The notes: generated by a model not told the origin, from the letters alone. Positions 1 through 13,677 are shown, counted from the whole stretch's first letter. The stretch: 63,808 nucleotides of DNA, filler included, from Octopus bimaculoides (GCF_001194135.2; 6 parts of 6 records of this genome joined end to end with filler, not necessarily neighbours in it), one strand, 5' to 3'. Program-made: numbers and translations.

Positions 1-51
<51 letters not shown>

Positions 52-73
52 GAGATGGAGAGAGAGAGAGAGA
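1..73. repeat. (AG)n microsatellite
   Basis: Near-perfect AG dinucleotide run. Confidence 0.95.
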
Positions 74-830
74 GTGATAGATGATGGTGGTGGAGGTGGG
101 ACGATGGTGAATGCATAATGAAAAGTAATTTTTTTCAATTGAACTAAGTTTTTTTTATATCATCTGCAAATTGAACTGTGTATTAGCTCTGAACTGTCGC
201 CTTGACTTCTAAGTTACAAACGATGTGGTTTTTAGAGTATGCCATGTTGCATTAAATTTTTATCCCCGTGAAATTTTGACCCCTACATTTTATATATAAA
301 ATAATATTTTTGTATAAAATTTTTGTTTTCTAGATATGAAATTGTGACCATGAAAATTTTTAAATGTAATTTTTTCTGTTTATGGGAAAAATAGAAAAAA
401 TCAGAGCGAATATTTATTTTATGAGTGCTGTGGATAAAGTCTATAAAATTGTGCATAAAGTATATTAGATATATATTAACAGTGCATTAAGTAATCATCG
501 TATTCAAATTTCCTTTACTTTTCAATGAATAGCAGACGAGCGCCTATCTTTTGAGACAGATATACGCTTTCAGTTTTTTTTTTTTGGATAAAGTTCACAG
601 GAATAAATCAATAGGTTTACTATTAATTCTGTGAAATATTCACGGGTCTTGCTAGTTAATATAAATACGTAGATATTCATAGTTAAATATTCATCGTCCG
701 AAAGTCTCCACTTTTTGCTTTCTCTCGTTTTGCATGTATACATATTTTGTATTTCATACCAAAACTATTAAGATTTAATATATTTAATTTCTCTATCCGT
801 ATAATTACCTCTCTCTCTTTCTCTGCCTGC

Positions 831-831
831 C

Positions 832-868
<37 letters not shown>

Positions 869-920
869 TTGTCAGTCTGTCTGTCTGTCTGTCTGTCTTT
901 GTCAGTCTGTCTCTGTCTCT
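831..920. repeat. (TCTG)n microsatellite running into a gap
   Basis: Direct reading; source of the SVCL-type ORFs. Confidence 0.95.
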
Positions 921-1045
921 NNNNNNNNNNNNNNNNNNNNNNNNNNNNNNNNNNNNNNNNNNNNNNNNNNNNNNNNNNNNNNNNNNNNNNNNNNNNNNNN
1001 NNNNNNNNNNNNNNNNNNNNNNNNNNNNNNNNNNNNNNNNNNNNN

Positions 1046-1088
<43 letters not shown>

Positions 1089-1110
1089 GTGTGTGTGTGT
1101 GTGTGCGTGT

Positions 1111-1320
1111 GTGTTTGCACCTCATCACAGCTTGACAAACGGTGTTGACATGTTCACGTTCCTGGAACTTAGCTGTTCGGCAAAAAGGCCCAATAAAATA
1201 AGTACCAGGGTTAAAAAAATAAGTACTGGGATAGATTCATTCGACTGAAAAAAATTCTTCCAGGGAGCGCTCCAGCGTGGCCGCAGCCGAATGACTGAAA
1301 GAAAGAAACAGTAAAAAATA
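1111..1320 (+). mobile_element. OK-type octopus SINE, 3' half
   Basis: cttgacaa..cttagctgttcggcaaaa..aataagtacc..gctccagcgtggccgcagc..atgactgaaa matches the 3' half of the full copies at 26775 and 45794. Confidence 0.8.
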
Positions 1321-1915
1321 TTCATGTTTTGAGTCTATTTTTCCGGTTTGCATCACCAAACCAACAAACATAATTATAAATTGAACAATTTAACCTAATA
1401 ATTAACATCTGAGCTTCTTAGATGTATACTCTTGGGTCCGTTTATTAGATTACGTTAATCTAACTCTACTTTCAACATTGTAAATCTTAAATGAAAATAT
1501 ATCGAAACATGCATTGAGAAATATATTTATTAAGCTTCCAGATTTAAAACCTTTAGAGCTATTTTTAAGTATAGAACATCATAGCAGATAGCGTGCTTGT
1601 TCTCTTTAAAATTCAATAATCGAAAATTAAAAGCAGTTAGTAAAACAACAGGCTTACCAACTCGCTGCTAATAACATAGAATACCCCGAAAATATGTTTA
1701 AAAGGTTGTTGTACGAATAGGAGCTCTCTTTCTCATCTAATGAGATAGAGTCAGCAATTGAAACAGATACGCGTCTAGGCGAAATCGTTATTTTAATATT
1801 AATATCTATTCTTCTCGGTGTAGTTTTATTGCATATTTCTGCTTTGTAGTTGATAACGTTATTTTAGCTTTCATTTCGCTTATTGAATATCCTGTAACTA
1901 TTTCATTATATCAAA

Positions 1916-1916
<1 letters not shown>

Positions 1917-1946
<30 letters not shown>

Positions 1947-1968
1947 TGTATGTATGTATGTATGTATG

Positions 1969-2029
<61 letters not shown>

Positions 2030-2038
2030 GTCTATCTG

Positions 2039-2094
<56 letters not shown>

Positions 2095-2102
2095 CTTACC
2101 TA
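1917..2102. repeat. (TATG)n/(TATC)n compound microsatellite
   Basis: Direct reading. Confidence 0.95.
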
Positions 2103-2674
2103 CCTATTTATATATGAATATGAATGNNNNNNNNNNNNNNNNNNNNNNNNNNNNNNNNNNNNNNNNNNNNNNNNNNNNNNNNNNNNNNNNNNNNNNNNNN
2201 NNNNNNNNNNNNNNNNNNNNNNNNNNNNNNNNNNNNNNNNNNNNNNNNNNNNNNNNNNNNNNNNNNNNNNNNNNNNNNNNNNNNNNNNNNNNNNNNNNNN
2301 NNNNNNNNNNNNTATATATATATCAGGAGTAATTTCAATACATAAGTCAGAACGCTCTATTTTAAAAGAATCAAAGACAGACATTACAAATGAAACAGGG
2401 TGCATATATCAAGTATATATCTTCTCCCAGCCACGTCTCATAAAAATCAAAGATTTACTTGAGAATCTGACTTATGTGCATTCATGCATACATATCTCGG
2501 GCATGCATTGCATGACTTGCCTTAATGCAGGAAGTGCCATCGATATTATGTATGTATGTATGTATGTATGTATGTATATACATATACATTATATATATAG
2601 ATATACAAAGCAAATGTATTATATATATATATATATTTATATGTACATTGTGTCTGTATGTAACTTTCTTATCT

Positions 2675-3720
2675 ATCAGAGGTCGTTCACGTTGCACATG
2701 TTGGTAAAATAACTGCTTCTGTAGAAAGAGGTATTAATCAACATAGTCTCTCTTACAAGCGATGCATTTGGGCCATCGTTGCATCTAATTTACGAATTGT
2801 CTTTGCATCGTGCACTGCTGTATCCACTATTTCACAGCCACTTTCATTTCGTCGATGTCATGAAGTCGTTGCTTCTGAAGACTGTTTCTTTGGACCAAAT
2901 ATGTTGAAGTTGGAGTCCATCAGACGTAGGACTTTAAGGTGGATGGGTGACTACTGAGCAAACCATTTTTACAGTTGACTGAGTTGTTACTGAAAGATGT
3001 GTGGAGCCGTGCCCTGTGATTGTGAATCTAAGTATTTTTGTTTTAGAATTTTGTTTTCTTAATCATAATGGCTTCTCCAAGCTTTTTGAGTATCTCATGT
3101 GTTGATTGTTGATGCGGTTGGTACATCCCCGTTCTAGAAAAACAAGGAGGTCGACGGTTTTGTTAGCGTTCGAAAACAGCCATCATGACTTTCCGTGCTA
3201 ATCACTAGCTTTTCAACTTATTTGGCCTTGGAAAGAGGTGAGACGCCATTCCATGAACTGAGCCTTTGTTTCTTGATCATAAAGATAGACCTACGTTTCA
3301 TGCTCTGTTACCAGATCGGAACAAAATCTGTCTTTATTGGCTCCAAATGTTTCCAGCAAATCAGAGCAAATTTTCACACTTCTCTCTTTCAAACCGGCTG
3401 TCAACTGCCGAAGTATCCTCTGGCACCCACTTTCCGATACTTAAATCTTCCACCATATTCTGTAATACATTGTAACCATCACCCAGTTGTATAGCAAGCT
3501 CAAGGATTGTGACTCGTCTCTCTCCGAGAATCAGTTCGTCCACTCATTGACAATTCGTGGCATTGGACGGAGTCGTTAGTTTCCCATTGCGTGGTTTGCT
3601 TTCAATGCTGTGTTTCTCTTCTTGAAGACTCTTCATCTATCTGTGCACATTGCTTTCGTCATCTCCTTGAACAACGGGCACACTTCTGAAGATGTCGAAC
3701 AACCTGCATTCTCACTTTAA
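2675..3720 (-). mobile_element. Decayed mariner (Tc1/mariner) transposase, multiple stops and frameshifts
   Basis: Minus-strand pieces: DELILGERRVTI.ELA..LG (HTH), GKWVP, RKVMMAVF, HPP*SP (HPPYSPDL-like), NIFGP, and C-terminal WPKCIACKRDYVD* ending at 2734. Confidence 0.85.
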
Positions 3721-3866
3721 ACGGTTCGACAAAACACAGACCGATAGAATAAATACCAGGCTTACAATGAACAAGTCCTGGGGTCGATTTGTTCGATTAA
3801 AGGTGGTGCTCCAGCATGGCTACAGTCAAATGACTGAAACAAATGAAAGAATAAAAAAGAATAAAA

Positions 3867-3870
<4 letters not shown>
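3720..3870 (+). mobile_element. OK-type SINE, 3' tail
   Basis: gaccgatagaataa..gtcctggggtcgatttgttcga..gctccagcatgg..cagtcaaatgactgaaac. Confidence 0.85.
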
Positions 3871-3904
<34 letters not shown>

Positions 3905-4229
3905 AAAAGCAACAAAAATTCAATAGGTTATAGCAGTACGTACGTTGAATTTTTGTTGTTTTCTTCAAATTTTATTCACCAAATCTCTTGATTTTGTTTT
4001 TGGTTTTTACCCTACCAAATTCTGGTGCCTCAAACATTTTAAGCACCACATTTAATCTTTTGATTAAATCTATATTATTATATATATATATAAATATATG
4101 TATATATGTATGTGTGTGTATGCGCGTATGTGTGTATATAAGCGTGAGTAAGTGTGACGCGAATGCTCCCCCCCACCTAAATTCGATTTATATTTACATG
4201 TTACAGTATTGCTATTTGGTCTCATATCA

Positions 4230-4420
4230 ATGCTGATTGAGCTGATCTATGATTAAAAGCGTTCCAGCTGTGACTATGGCATCTATTTGTATATCTACGA
4301 CTAGATTGCCTATCGTGTCTTTTCTTTCTGCAGACATCGGGGATGTGATAGGAGGAAATTTGTCTGCTGTTTTGAGCAGGTTGAACGACCGCATAGAGAC
4401 CGCATAGAGACTAACTTATT
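4230..4420 (-). mobile_element. SINE-like interspersed repeat with (CAA)n-type tail; related copies near 24590-24810, 25780-25910, 29300-29470, 30880-30980, 47830-48040, 60090-60260
   Basis: Shared motifs gaaatagcagcc / tggtca..gctggaa / gatctg..caatcag across the copies. Confidence 0.55.
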
Positions 4421-4615
4421 GGATTAGATTGCACTTGTATTGTATACTTTGATACCATGTGGACTAACTAGTGATTTCAAGTATCTATATACTTGCGTAT
4501 AATATCGGTACTTGCACACACACACACACATACATACGTACGCATGCACACAGATAACGCATGTACATGTACAATATATATATGAATGTATAATATAATA
4601 TATAATATAATATAA

Positions 4616-4660
<45 letters not shown>

Positions 4661-6173
4661 GTGTGTTTGTATGCGTATGTATGAATGATACTCTGCTCAA
4701 AAGCATTCAGCGATCGTTCAATTAACGTTTGACTGTTTATATTTTTAACTATATACATGCACACAAACACACACATACACATACACACACATACACACAC
4801 ACACACACTCACACACATGTGTGTATATATATGTATGTATGTGTGTGTGCATGTGTTTGTATGTATATGTATACATATATATTCTGTTTTATAATAGCAT
4901 ATCTCGAAGCACATATAAAACTATAAACAACAGTATGTTTATAGTTTGTGTGTGTGTGTGCTTCAATATATACTATTCCATAAAAGAATTATGTCACGTT
5001 CTCTCGAAAGTGCATAAAATTCTCATGATGTCAACAATATATATGACTGCATGTAAGTGCAAGATATCCAGGTGCGCATTTAACCTACCAGGGTAGGCTG
5101 GACTGTAAACCGTGGTGAAGGCAACTAACTCAGGAGATGGAGAACTCTAATATAATAAAAACCTATCGTGTGTTGCGCATTGTGTTAGTGTCAAACATTT
5201 GTCCCAACTTTTCTAATACCAAGTTCAGGCGTTGTTGTTTTTTTGTGTTTGTGTTTGTTCTTCGTTTTTTTAATTTACTATATATTTATATATATATAAN
5301 NNNNNNNNNNNNNNNNNNNNNNNNNNNNNNNNNNNNNNNNNNNNNNNNNNNNNNNNNNNNNNNNNNNNNNNNNNNNNNNNNNNNNNNNNNNNNNNNNNNN
5401 NNNNNNNNNNNNNNNNNNNNNNNNNNNNNNNNNNNNNNNNNNNNNNNNNNNNNNNNNNNNNNNNNNNNNNNNNNNNNNNNNNNNNNNNNNNNNNNNNNNN
5501 NNNNNNNNNNNNNNNNNNNNNNNNNNNNNNNNNNNNNNNNNNNNNNNNNNNNNNNNNNNNNNNNNNNNNNNNNNNNNNNNNNNNNNNNNNNNNNNNNNNN
5601 NNNNNNNNNNNNNNNNNNNNNNNNNNNNNNNNNNNNNNNNNNNNNNNNNNNNNNNNNNNNNNNNNNNNNNNNNNNNNNNNNNNNNNNNNNNNNNNNNNNN
5701 NNNNNNNNNNNNNNNNNNNNNNNNNNNNNNNNNNNNNNNNNNNNNNNNNNNNNNNNNNNNNNNNNNNNNNNNNNNNNNNATATATATATATATATATATA
5801 CATACACACACATACACACACATATGCACGTATAATATACATTGCATGTATAATATACATTTTTGTAACAAAACCATCGCAACGGTCTCACTTTACTCTG
5901 CAACTTTCAGAGTTACAATAATTTTCACCTTTGTCAGACGAAGATGACACGTGGATTCCGATCACCATCACCCACATTCTTATTAGCATCTTATTAACAT
6001 TTAGCCATTAGTGGTTCATTTACTAATATTCATTAAAGATTATGAATTAGTTGTGAAGTGCCCGAGAGAAACCCCTGCAATAATAGCTAGTTTTGATGAG
6101 GGAAAAACAGTTACGGTTAATAGTTTTCCCCCTTGAAATAAATGAAATTATTTTTAAATAGAAGTAAATAAAT

Positions 6174-6211
<38 letters not shown>

Positions 6212-6694
6212 CATTAATTTACAAGATTTGGTTGCAGTTTATATGCTGTATTTGAGTTTCACTATTTCACGAAGCTTGGGAGTGTATAACTAAATGCCAC
6301 CTGTGTTTAGTTACGCTAACAGCTTTAAGAGTGTAAATAGCGATCTGTTTAAAATTACAATATTAATGAAAATGCTTCCGTAATGGAAGTAAGAAATGAA
6401 GTGTTTGAGCTAATTATAGAGATAGTATGGAATCACAATCAAAAGGCTCTTTAAAGAGGTGTTTAACTAGTGTTTAGCTTCAAAAACGTCAGATTCTTTA
6501 AGAATATAACAATGTTGGAGAGCAGTTTCTAACTGTATAAATACAGAGTTAAAGATATTGAAGTATTCTTGAATCAAACAATTAAAAAATTTCATGGCTG
6601 TAGTTAAGACGATGTATATAGTAAATGAAAGAGACTTGGTTAAACTCTTTACGATACAAGAAAAAGCTTTATTAAATATTTCTATTTTTACCTT

Positions 6695-6925
6695 ATGAAG
6701 ACACGTGGCCCAGTGGTTAGAAGGTTGCGCTCATAATCTAGTGATTCGATTCCTGGATCGAGCGGCGCGTTGTTTTGGAGCAAAACACTATATTTTCCTT
6801 TGTGCAGTCCATTCATCTGTAAATGGGTAACCTTGCGATGAAGTAGTCTTCCGATAAGGGAGAATGTTGCCCAGCTCGCCTCACCAGCGGAGTGGCATCG
6901 TTCAGAAGCTAAAACGATTACATAA
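6695..6925 (+). mobile_element. tRNA-derived SINE, third family (OR2-like)
   Basis: A-box-like gtggcccagtggttag, B-box-like gattcgattcc, body gagcaaaacact..ctgtaaatgggtaacc. Confidence 0.7.
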
Positions 6926-7204
6926 TTTCCGTTTACCAAATTCTGGCCACAAAGCATTGGTCAATCCGGAACTACGGTAAAAGACATTATTTCGAAGGAG
7001 ATGGAAGATTGAACTACTTGAGGTGAATATTTGTTTTTAAGATAAAATCACTTATATTTTAAAGAAATTTCCTAGAGCCCTAAGACTCTTGGGGCCGGTT
7101 ACCATGTTTCCATGGGGTATAAATGACCAAGTTCATAAGATTTCCCTGAATGGGATTCCAGTCCGCTGGAGGGTTCCAAGCCAACAGGTTTGAAAGGAGG
7201 GGAC

Positions 7205-7340
7205 AATTCGATAACATCGACCGCAGTAGTTCACTGATACTTTTATTTTATTGAACCCGAAGTAACGAAAAGCAAAGTCGACCTCAGCGATATTTAGACT
7301 TAGAATGTTTAGATCCAAAAGAAATGTTTCCGAAGGCGGG
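7205..7340 (-). mobile_element. OR-type SINE fragment
   Basis: catcgacc..gatact..gaacccgaa..gcaaagtcgacctc, homologous to 38025-38226. Confidence 0.7.
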
Positions 7341-7743
7341 GCATCTGTGGACAGAAAGAAATGAGGAAGTGTTGCCCTGACTCTAATTAATTAAATCTAA
7401 TTAATTAATTAAATAATGTAATTAGTTAATTAAAATTATGTTGTTATATTTACCAATAGAAACATGTGTAAATTGTTTACAAGGAAGCATCATGGTGAAA
7501 CAGATAACACCAAGGAACTGAATAATTGAAAATTTAAAGAAATCTCGAAACAAGCTTTATTGGTTTATTGTGCCATTGGTAGGTTCTTTGGCAAACAAAG
7601 GCCGCATTCTGAAGCACTTTGTGTGAGCAAAAAGGTAAAGTAAATGTCATCATGAGTGTTAATGGTATCCCTATTATGAAATCAAAGAACCTGGAATAGT
7701 TATGTGATTTGTCAATCTGATCGATATCACTAACCACCTAAGT

Positions 7744-7959
7744 CAGTGGTTCCCAACTCTTTTATTTAAATGAGTTTTCCCACGGGCTCCTTTTAATATA
7801 TGCTTATCCTTATCTTTTTAGTTTCATGACTATATATATTTCAATTTACTTTTCTCGTCCGAGACAAAAGGATATCCTTATCATTATGTATATATATTAA
7901 ATTTTGTACTATCTTTGCGGACCACCAGGTATCCGCGGTCCCCAGGTTGGGAACCACTG
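7744..7959. mobile_element. hAT-type MITE, 216 bp
   Basis: 14-bp TIR CAGTGGTTCCCAAC/GTTGGGAACCACTG with a perfect 8-bp TSD ACCTAAGT (7736-7743, 7960-7967). Confidence 0.92.
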
Positions 7960-8660
7960 ACCTAAGTGATCTATGTTTGAGATCACAAGAGCTGATCGTC
8001 TCTTCATGGCAATATCAGGAACATTGAATAAACGCAGCGGTAACGCATGTGAAAATATGAAATAACTCTTCCTGATACATTTTCTGACGCTTAAAAAAGA
8101 GAAACTAGAATCGATGATGGAGTATCTTACTGTTTTAATCTTTTGGATGAATTTCAAATGCGATTTTGGATATACAAAATAATTAGCTAGAACTACAAAT
8201 ATACAAAATACTTCTTGAAATTGTGCCAAAATGAAGTTTCTGATTCCTTTCAACTAGATTCAATTAAATTTTTGATATCCTAATTAAAATGATTATTATT
8301 TTGGCAGTTTGTACATCCTATTTAGATATATGTAAAACGCCCACCTCACACAATGAAAATTGAAACAAGTTTTAAGACTTACCAATAAGAACAGCTTTTG
8401 TTTCAACAATAAAGTTAGTCACGGACTACCTATACTTCTATACTTACGGATAATATTTTTGTAAACTTGGTAAAAATTGTTGCATCATCAGTGCCGTCAA
8501 GCATTTTAAGCTGTCCAAAGCTATATTTAGCCATTCACCTTTTATTGAGGTGAATGGTGAAATATATATATTATGTAGCATCGTTGTTGTTATGATGTTT
8601 AAAAATTGTTAAATTTTTAACAATTTTAAAATTTTAAGTAATATCGCTTAGTTTGAGCAC

Positions 8661-8697
<37 letters not shown>

Positions 8698-10224
8698 TTT
8701 GTAAAATTAAAAATATTAGATTACGCTGCGTTTAATCAACTTTCTGAAGAGTCTTACTTTTCTGATCTTTTAGAAATGTTTTGAAAACCAATTGTTGAAT
8801 CTTTCTTTTTAGAACATTCAGGACAAAGATTCTTTATTCAGTGTCAGAACGAGTTGGTGAAAGTATTTCATATAAGTATTTAATCGTACTTTTTGCTTTC
8901 ATTTTCATGAAAGATCTTCAGAAACATTAGTCATACACGCATACACCAATCGTGATATTCTGACAATGTTTTTTTTATCTTAAATCAAAAGAATTTACAC
9001 TAAAATTAACTATGTTCATGTGCGTGTCCCACATAAACAGAACAAGTATTTCTACGGAAAGAAAAACAAGAAATCGAAAAAATTGAGATAAGTTTGTGTC
9101 ACTCTTCTCTACAAAAATATCAAACACTGTGAAGCATAAAGACCTAATAAAATTTGTACGATGTAATTTCGTGTAAAGTATAATTTCGGGGAAGAGTGAT
9201 GTTCGACGTTTCTAGAAAAACGAAAATGATTTATCTGTCATAATAGCTGCAACGGATCAAAAACGTGGAAAAAAGAAAACAAGATTTGACAAAGCGAAAC
9301 GTTAACTAAATTATGTATTACTCGATGTCATTTGATAATTTTCGTTTTAAAATCAAAACCAATAAATATTACAACAATATGCCTGTCAATTTATCAATAC
9401 GAGGCATACTCTGTCTCAACACATTTTATCGCTAACTATCTTTTTAGTTTCATGACTAAATATATTTTAATCTACCTTTCTCGTCCGAGACAAAAAGTGT
9501 GTTGAAATTACTTGGTAGTTTTAGTTTGTATATTTAGTTGGATGGCGATATTTCATGTTTTTTTGCTTTTAAAAGCTCTACAAATTTTTAGAATTAAGCT
9601 GTCTGTTAAAAACTTGTTTATCTTGTTTATACTTCTTATGAAATTTTAAAACAAATGCTTAACCATCGTATGACAAACGATATATTAAACTCAAATTATT
9701 GGCAGATGTGAAATAATTGATAGAATTGGTATTTTATTCGTAACTCTAGTTTCGAAAAAAAAAAAAAAACCAAAACAAAACAAAACAAACAACAAAACAA
9801 ATTATAACATGAAGGACTAAACTTATACCGGCTGGGATAATTTTCATTATAGGTCTTCTCTGTACCATCATGGTTTATTTTCTGCTTTTGTTTTAAATGA
9901 AGAAATCAGTTACGTGCAAGGAATCAAAAATACTTATAAAAGGATGGGTGGTTAAAGAAGCGCGCTTTCNNNNNNNNNNNNNNNNNNNNNNNNNNNNNNN
10001 NNNNNNNNNNNNNNNNNNNNNNNNNNNNNNNNNNNNNNNNNNNNNNNNNNNNNNNNNNNNNNNNNNNNNNNNNNNNNNNNNNNNNNNNNNNNNNNNNNNN
10101 NNNNNNNNNNNNNNNNNNNNNNNNNNNNNNNNNNNNNNNNNNNNNNNNNNTATATATATAAAGTAAAGACTATTTGCCAACATAATGCGGCAGTACTGGA
10201 TGAGACGGTTGTTATCGATCAACC

Positions 10225-10297
10225 GATCGATCGATCCATCGATCCATCCATCCATCCACCCATCCATCCATCCATCCATCCATCCACCCATTCATCC

Positions 10298-10372
<75 letters not shown>
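10225..10372. repeat. (ATCC)n/(ATCT)n microsatellite
   Basis: Direct reading. Confidence 0.95.
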
Positions 10373-10375
<3 letters not shown>

Positions 10376-10642
10376 GAGTACCATAATAAATGCTCTTGAC
10401 TGACATTGAACAACAAAGAAACGTCATTGAATAATGAGGTAACCCTTGCTCTAAAAACTGTAACCTGAAAAAGAGTGGTAGGTACAGGAAGGAAATTTAC
10501 GAAGATTTATCGTTGTCACGAGAATACGAATACCAACATATGAAATATTTAAGCATAAGTGCAAAATTCTAAAAAATATTTTTATGTCGACAACCCTGTG
10601 TGTGTTTGTGTGTGTGTGTGAGAGAGAAAGAGGGAGAGAGAA

Positions 10643-10716
<74 letters not shown>

Positions 10717-11861
10717 TGTGTGTGTTTGTAAAATTTATGAATGCAAAAGAAAGAATTGTTGGTGATTACTTATCTTGACATGTCTTTAAAAGCGCAAGTC
10801 AAAATGGATTATGCCAATTCCTGTGAATGCTACTTCTTCGGCCAACCGTTAGAAGATATATTGCTGCATATAGGGGCAGAATTACGAGGTAAAGACTCCA
10901 GAGCAAGCCAGAAATAGCTTAATGTTTCTTAACGCTCGTTTCAACTATCTTTCAGCATGAAATACTATCAATAATTTCTCACTTATGCAGTACTACTTAA
11001 TCTGAAGGAAAAATGAATATGAAGTATATATGAAGTATATATGGAGTAGAAAAAACTGGCCACTGGATTTTAAGCCCCACAAATTAAGTTTCTTTTAAAG
11101 ACCAAATATATTTCGTGAGGCTTGTATCATTTATTTTTACTATATTTCTTAAATGTAGTAATATGTTGATAAAAATAAACTTTAAAGCAATTCTCGATAA
11201 GTTAGCACTATTGTTATTGGGTTGGACTTTAACATAACAGATTAAATATTTCGGGAAACATTTATAGTTAAGGGAGGTAATCCTTAGATTGATGTAAATA
11301 CATGCAAGGAATGAATCTATAGTAATGTTGTTGGAAAGCTTTCAAAAATACAAAAGGTTAATGGAGGTTGCAAAACGTTTATGAAGAGAATACCTTACAT
11401 TAAATGAATTTGTATAAAATCTCTCATGATTTTTATGACAACGGAAAATATAGGGATTAAATTGGAAAATCTGACGTGATATAGAGGCAAACGTTTAAAC
11501 TAGGAACAGAATTACACATTCAGATATTTCTTGGTATATGATTACGCTTGGAAATGTTAGGGCGAGTCGTAATGTACTGTATTTTATCAGTAAAGCCATT
11601 ATTACGAAATACCTTTATCAAAGATGATACTAACTTAAATGTAGTCAATTTACTGAATATTCCTTTAAATTTCTTTAAATTTCTTAAAAGTTCTACCTTA
11701 ATCGAAATATAATGAAATGCTATTTTAAATAGACAAGGATTCAAACTATCCTCTCAGTATTCTAGGAATATTTTGTCATCAGCTTTAGTAAACAATCTCC
11801 TCTTTATTTTCAAATGAGGTAACATTCGTTAGTTACTTTAGTAATTAAATGAAGCGAAGTC

Positions 11862-12005
11862 AACGTAAATGTGTGAACTGGCAGAATCATTAGCGTTCCA
11901 TTCTTTCGGGGTCGATAAAATAAAGTACCAGTCAAAATACTGGAGTCAATTGTATCGACTTGCCCCTGCTTTAAAATTGTGACTTTGCGCCAAAATTAGA
12001 AAGAA
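11862..12005 (+). mobile_element. OR-type SINE, internally deleted
   Basis: gtgaactggcagaatcattagc joined to ctttcggggtcgataaaataaagtaccag..tactggagtc. Confidence 0.75.
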
Positions 12006-12090
12006 TTATTATAATGAAACCCGCTCTGTATTTGTGGTTTTATAGATAAAATACAGTGTACATATCTATTTGAATATATAATTGTATATA

Positions 12091-12207
12091 GGCGCAGTCA
12101 TGGGTGTTTGGTTCCTTGGACAGCTGGCTGTCTTCTACTACAGCTTCGGGCCGACCAAAGCAGCCTTATGAGTGGATTTGGCAGGCAGAAACTGAATGAA
12201 GCCGGTC

Positions 12208-12237
<30 letters not shown>
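12091..12237 (+). mobile_element. OK-type SINE, 5' half
   Basis: gtcttctactacagcttcgggccgaccaaagc..gagtggatttgg..gaaactga..gaagccggtcgtata. Confidence 0.8.
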
Positions 12238-12238
<1 letters not shown>

Positions 12239-12819
12239 NNNNNNNNNNNNNNNNNNNNNNNNNNNNNNNNNNNNNNNNNNNNNNNNNNNNNNNNNNNNNN
12301 NNNNNNNNNNNNNNNNNNNNNNNNNNNNNNNNNNNNNNNNNNNNNNNATACATACAAGAAGTTAGACGAAAACAGAGTAAACGGGAAACTAGACTAAAAC
12401 TTAGCGGACGGGAAATTAGACAAAGACATGATACACGGAATATTCGCAGCTAAGTTTTCCTCGTCAGTGAATGATGCAAAGTATTATAGCAGTTTCGCGC
12501 CAATTACCATTGAAACTGCTCAACTTTCCTGACACCAGTTCTTTTTATTAATCCACTGGGAAAAAGCTAACGAATGTGTACAAAGACAGAAACGAACAAG
12601 ACATTGTATAAATACAACAGATAAAAAGAATTGTGCATATATAACAGCACAGAGCCTTACGGCTATATACATTACAGTAAAAGGATAAGAGAAATCAAGG
12701 CAGGACGAGTTTCTCAAGTCATTTATAATAATTTGATTAGGGTAAGGTGAATTTGAAGCCTTACAGCTGTTTCTGGGATATCCTAAGTAATAAGCTAGGA
12801 TATATGTGTGTGTGTGTGT

Positions 12820-12990
12820 GTGCCTGTGTTTGTCCCTCACCACTGGTGTTGGTGTGTTTTCATCTCCGTAACTTAGCGGTTCAGTCGTAAAAAACAATAG
12901 AATAAGTAAAAATGTCCTGGGAGTGATTCATTCGACAAAAAGTTCTTCAAGCATGGCTGTAGTCTAAGGACTGAAACAAGTGAGAGGTAA
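12820..12990 (+). mobile_element. OK-type SINE, 3' half
   Basis: gtgtttgtccc..ccgtaacttagcggttc..aatagaataagt..gtcctggg..gactgaaacaagt. Confidence 0.75.
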
Positions 12991-13504
12991 AGGGTATATC
13001 TAAATAGGTATAGCTCTATGCAAATCTGTGACTATATAAGGATGCATGCAGACATATGTGTCGATAGGTCTGTTCGAATTTTCGATTTGCGAACAATAGC
13101 GATAAACAGAATACGAGAACTAATATAAATCAACTATTCAAAATTGATTACACATTTCGATTGTTATCACACTAGAAAATTCCTCCTCTTTATTCCGTAA
13201 TTTCAACACGAACAAAGAAAATACATACGAATTATTTGATGTATCTACAGGTGTGTACGATGGAGGCTTAATGATGCGATATTATAGGAATTTATATTCG
13301 AGGCCTTCCTTTTGCTTAAAACATTTCCTTCAATAAGAATTATTATTTGTAGCGGTGGGAGAGTCTTTGTAAAGAGTGAGTGGAAACAACAAAATCGGCT
13401 TAACGAGTCATGAGATTTCAGCGTGTAACAAATACAAGTATAAGTTTACTTTGAATAATGAGTAGCCTCTTGGCTATTTCTTGCTCCCAATATATATATA
13501 TAAA

Positions 13505-13544
13505 GGCGACTCGAGTTTCAGGGCTATTTCCCTTCATCATGGCC
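13505..13544 (-). ncRNA. Minimal type-I hammerhead ribozyme motif with a 1-nt core insertion; identical copy at 14043-14082
   Basis: 5'-GGC C(A)TGATGA AGGG-aaatag-CCCT GAAA CTCGAG TC^ GCC-3'. Stems I and II pair; stem III is the palindrome ACTCGAGT. Confidence 0.7.
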
Positions 13545-13641
13545 GGTATGACAATCTATATATGAAGGGAGCAAAATGTAACCACATGTGAATCGTTGGC
13601 GATTTTCTTCTTCCGTCTTCCCTTCTATTGAACTTTCCTCT

Positions 13642-13677
13642 GTTTCCGAAGAAGAGCGTCTGCTCGAAATGTTAAAC
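13642..13677 (+). ncRNA. Minimal type-I hammerhead ribozyme motif with U4C; identical copy at 14180-14215
   Basis: 5'-GTTT CcGAAGA a GAGC-gtct-GCTC GAAA tG TT^ AAAC-3'. Stem III is AACGTT with one CpG decay. Confidence 0.65.

Noticed and set aside
6090-6145. TTGATGA GGGAAAA..TTTTCCC..GAAA
   Set aside because: Only stem II pairs; core mutated; no stem I or III.
12430-12482. Minus-strand CTGACGA..GAAT ATTC hammerhead-like motif
   Set aside because: GAAT instead of GAAA, no stem II, and stem I does not pair.
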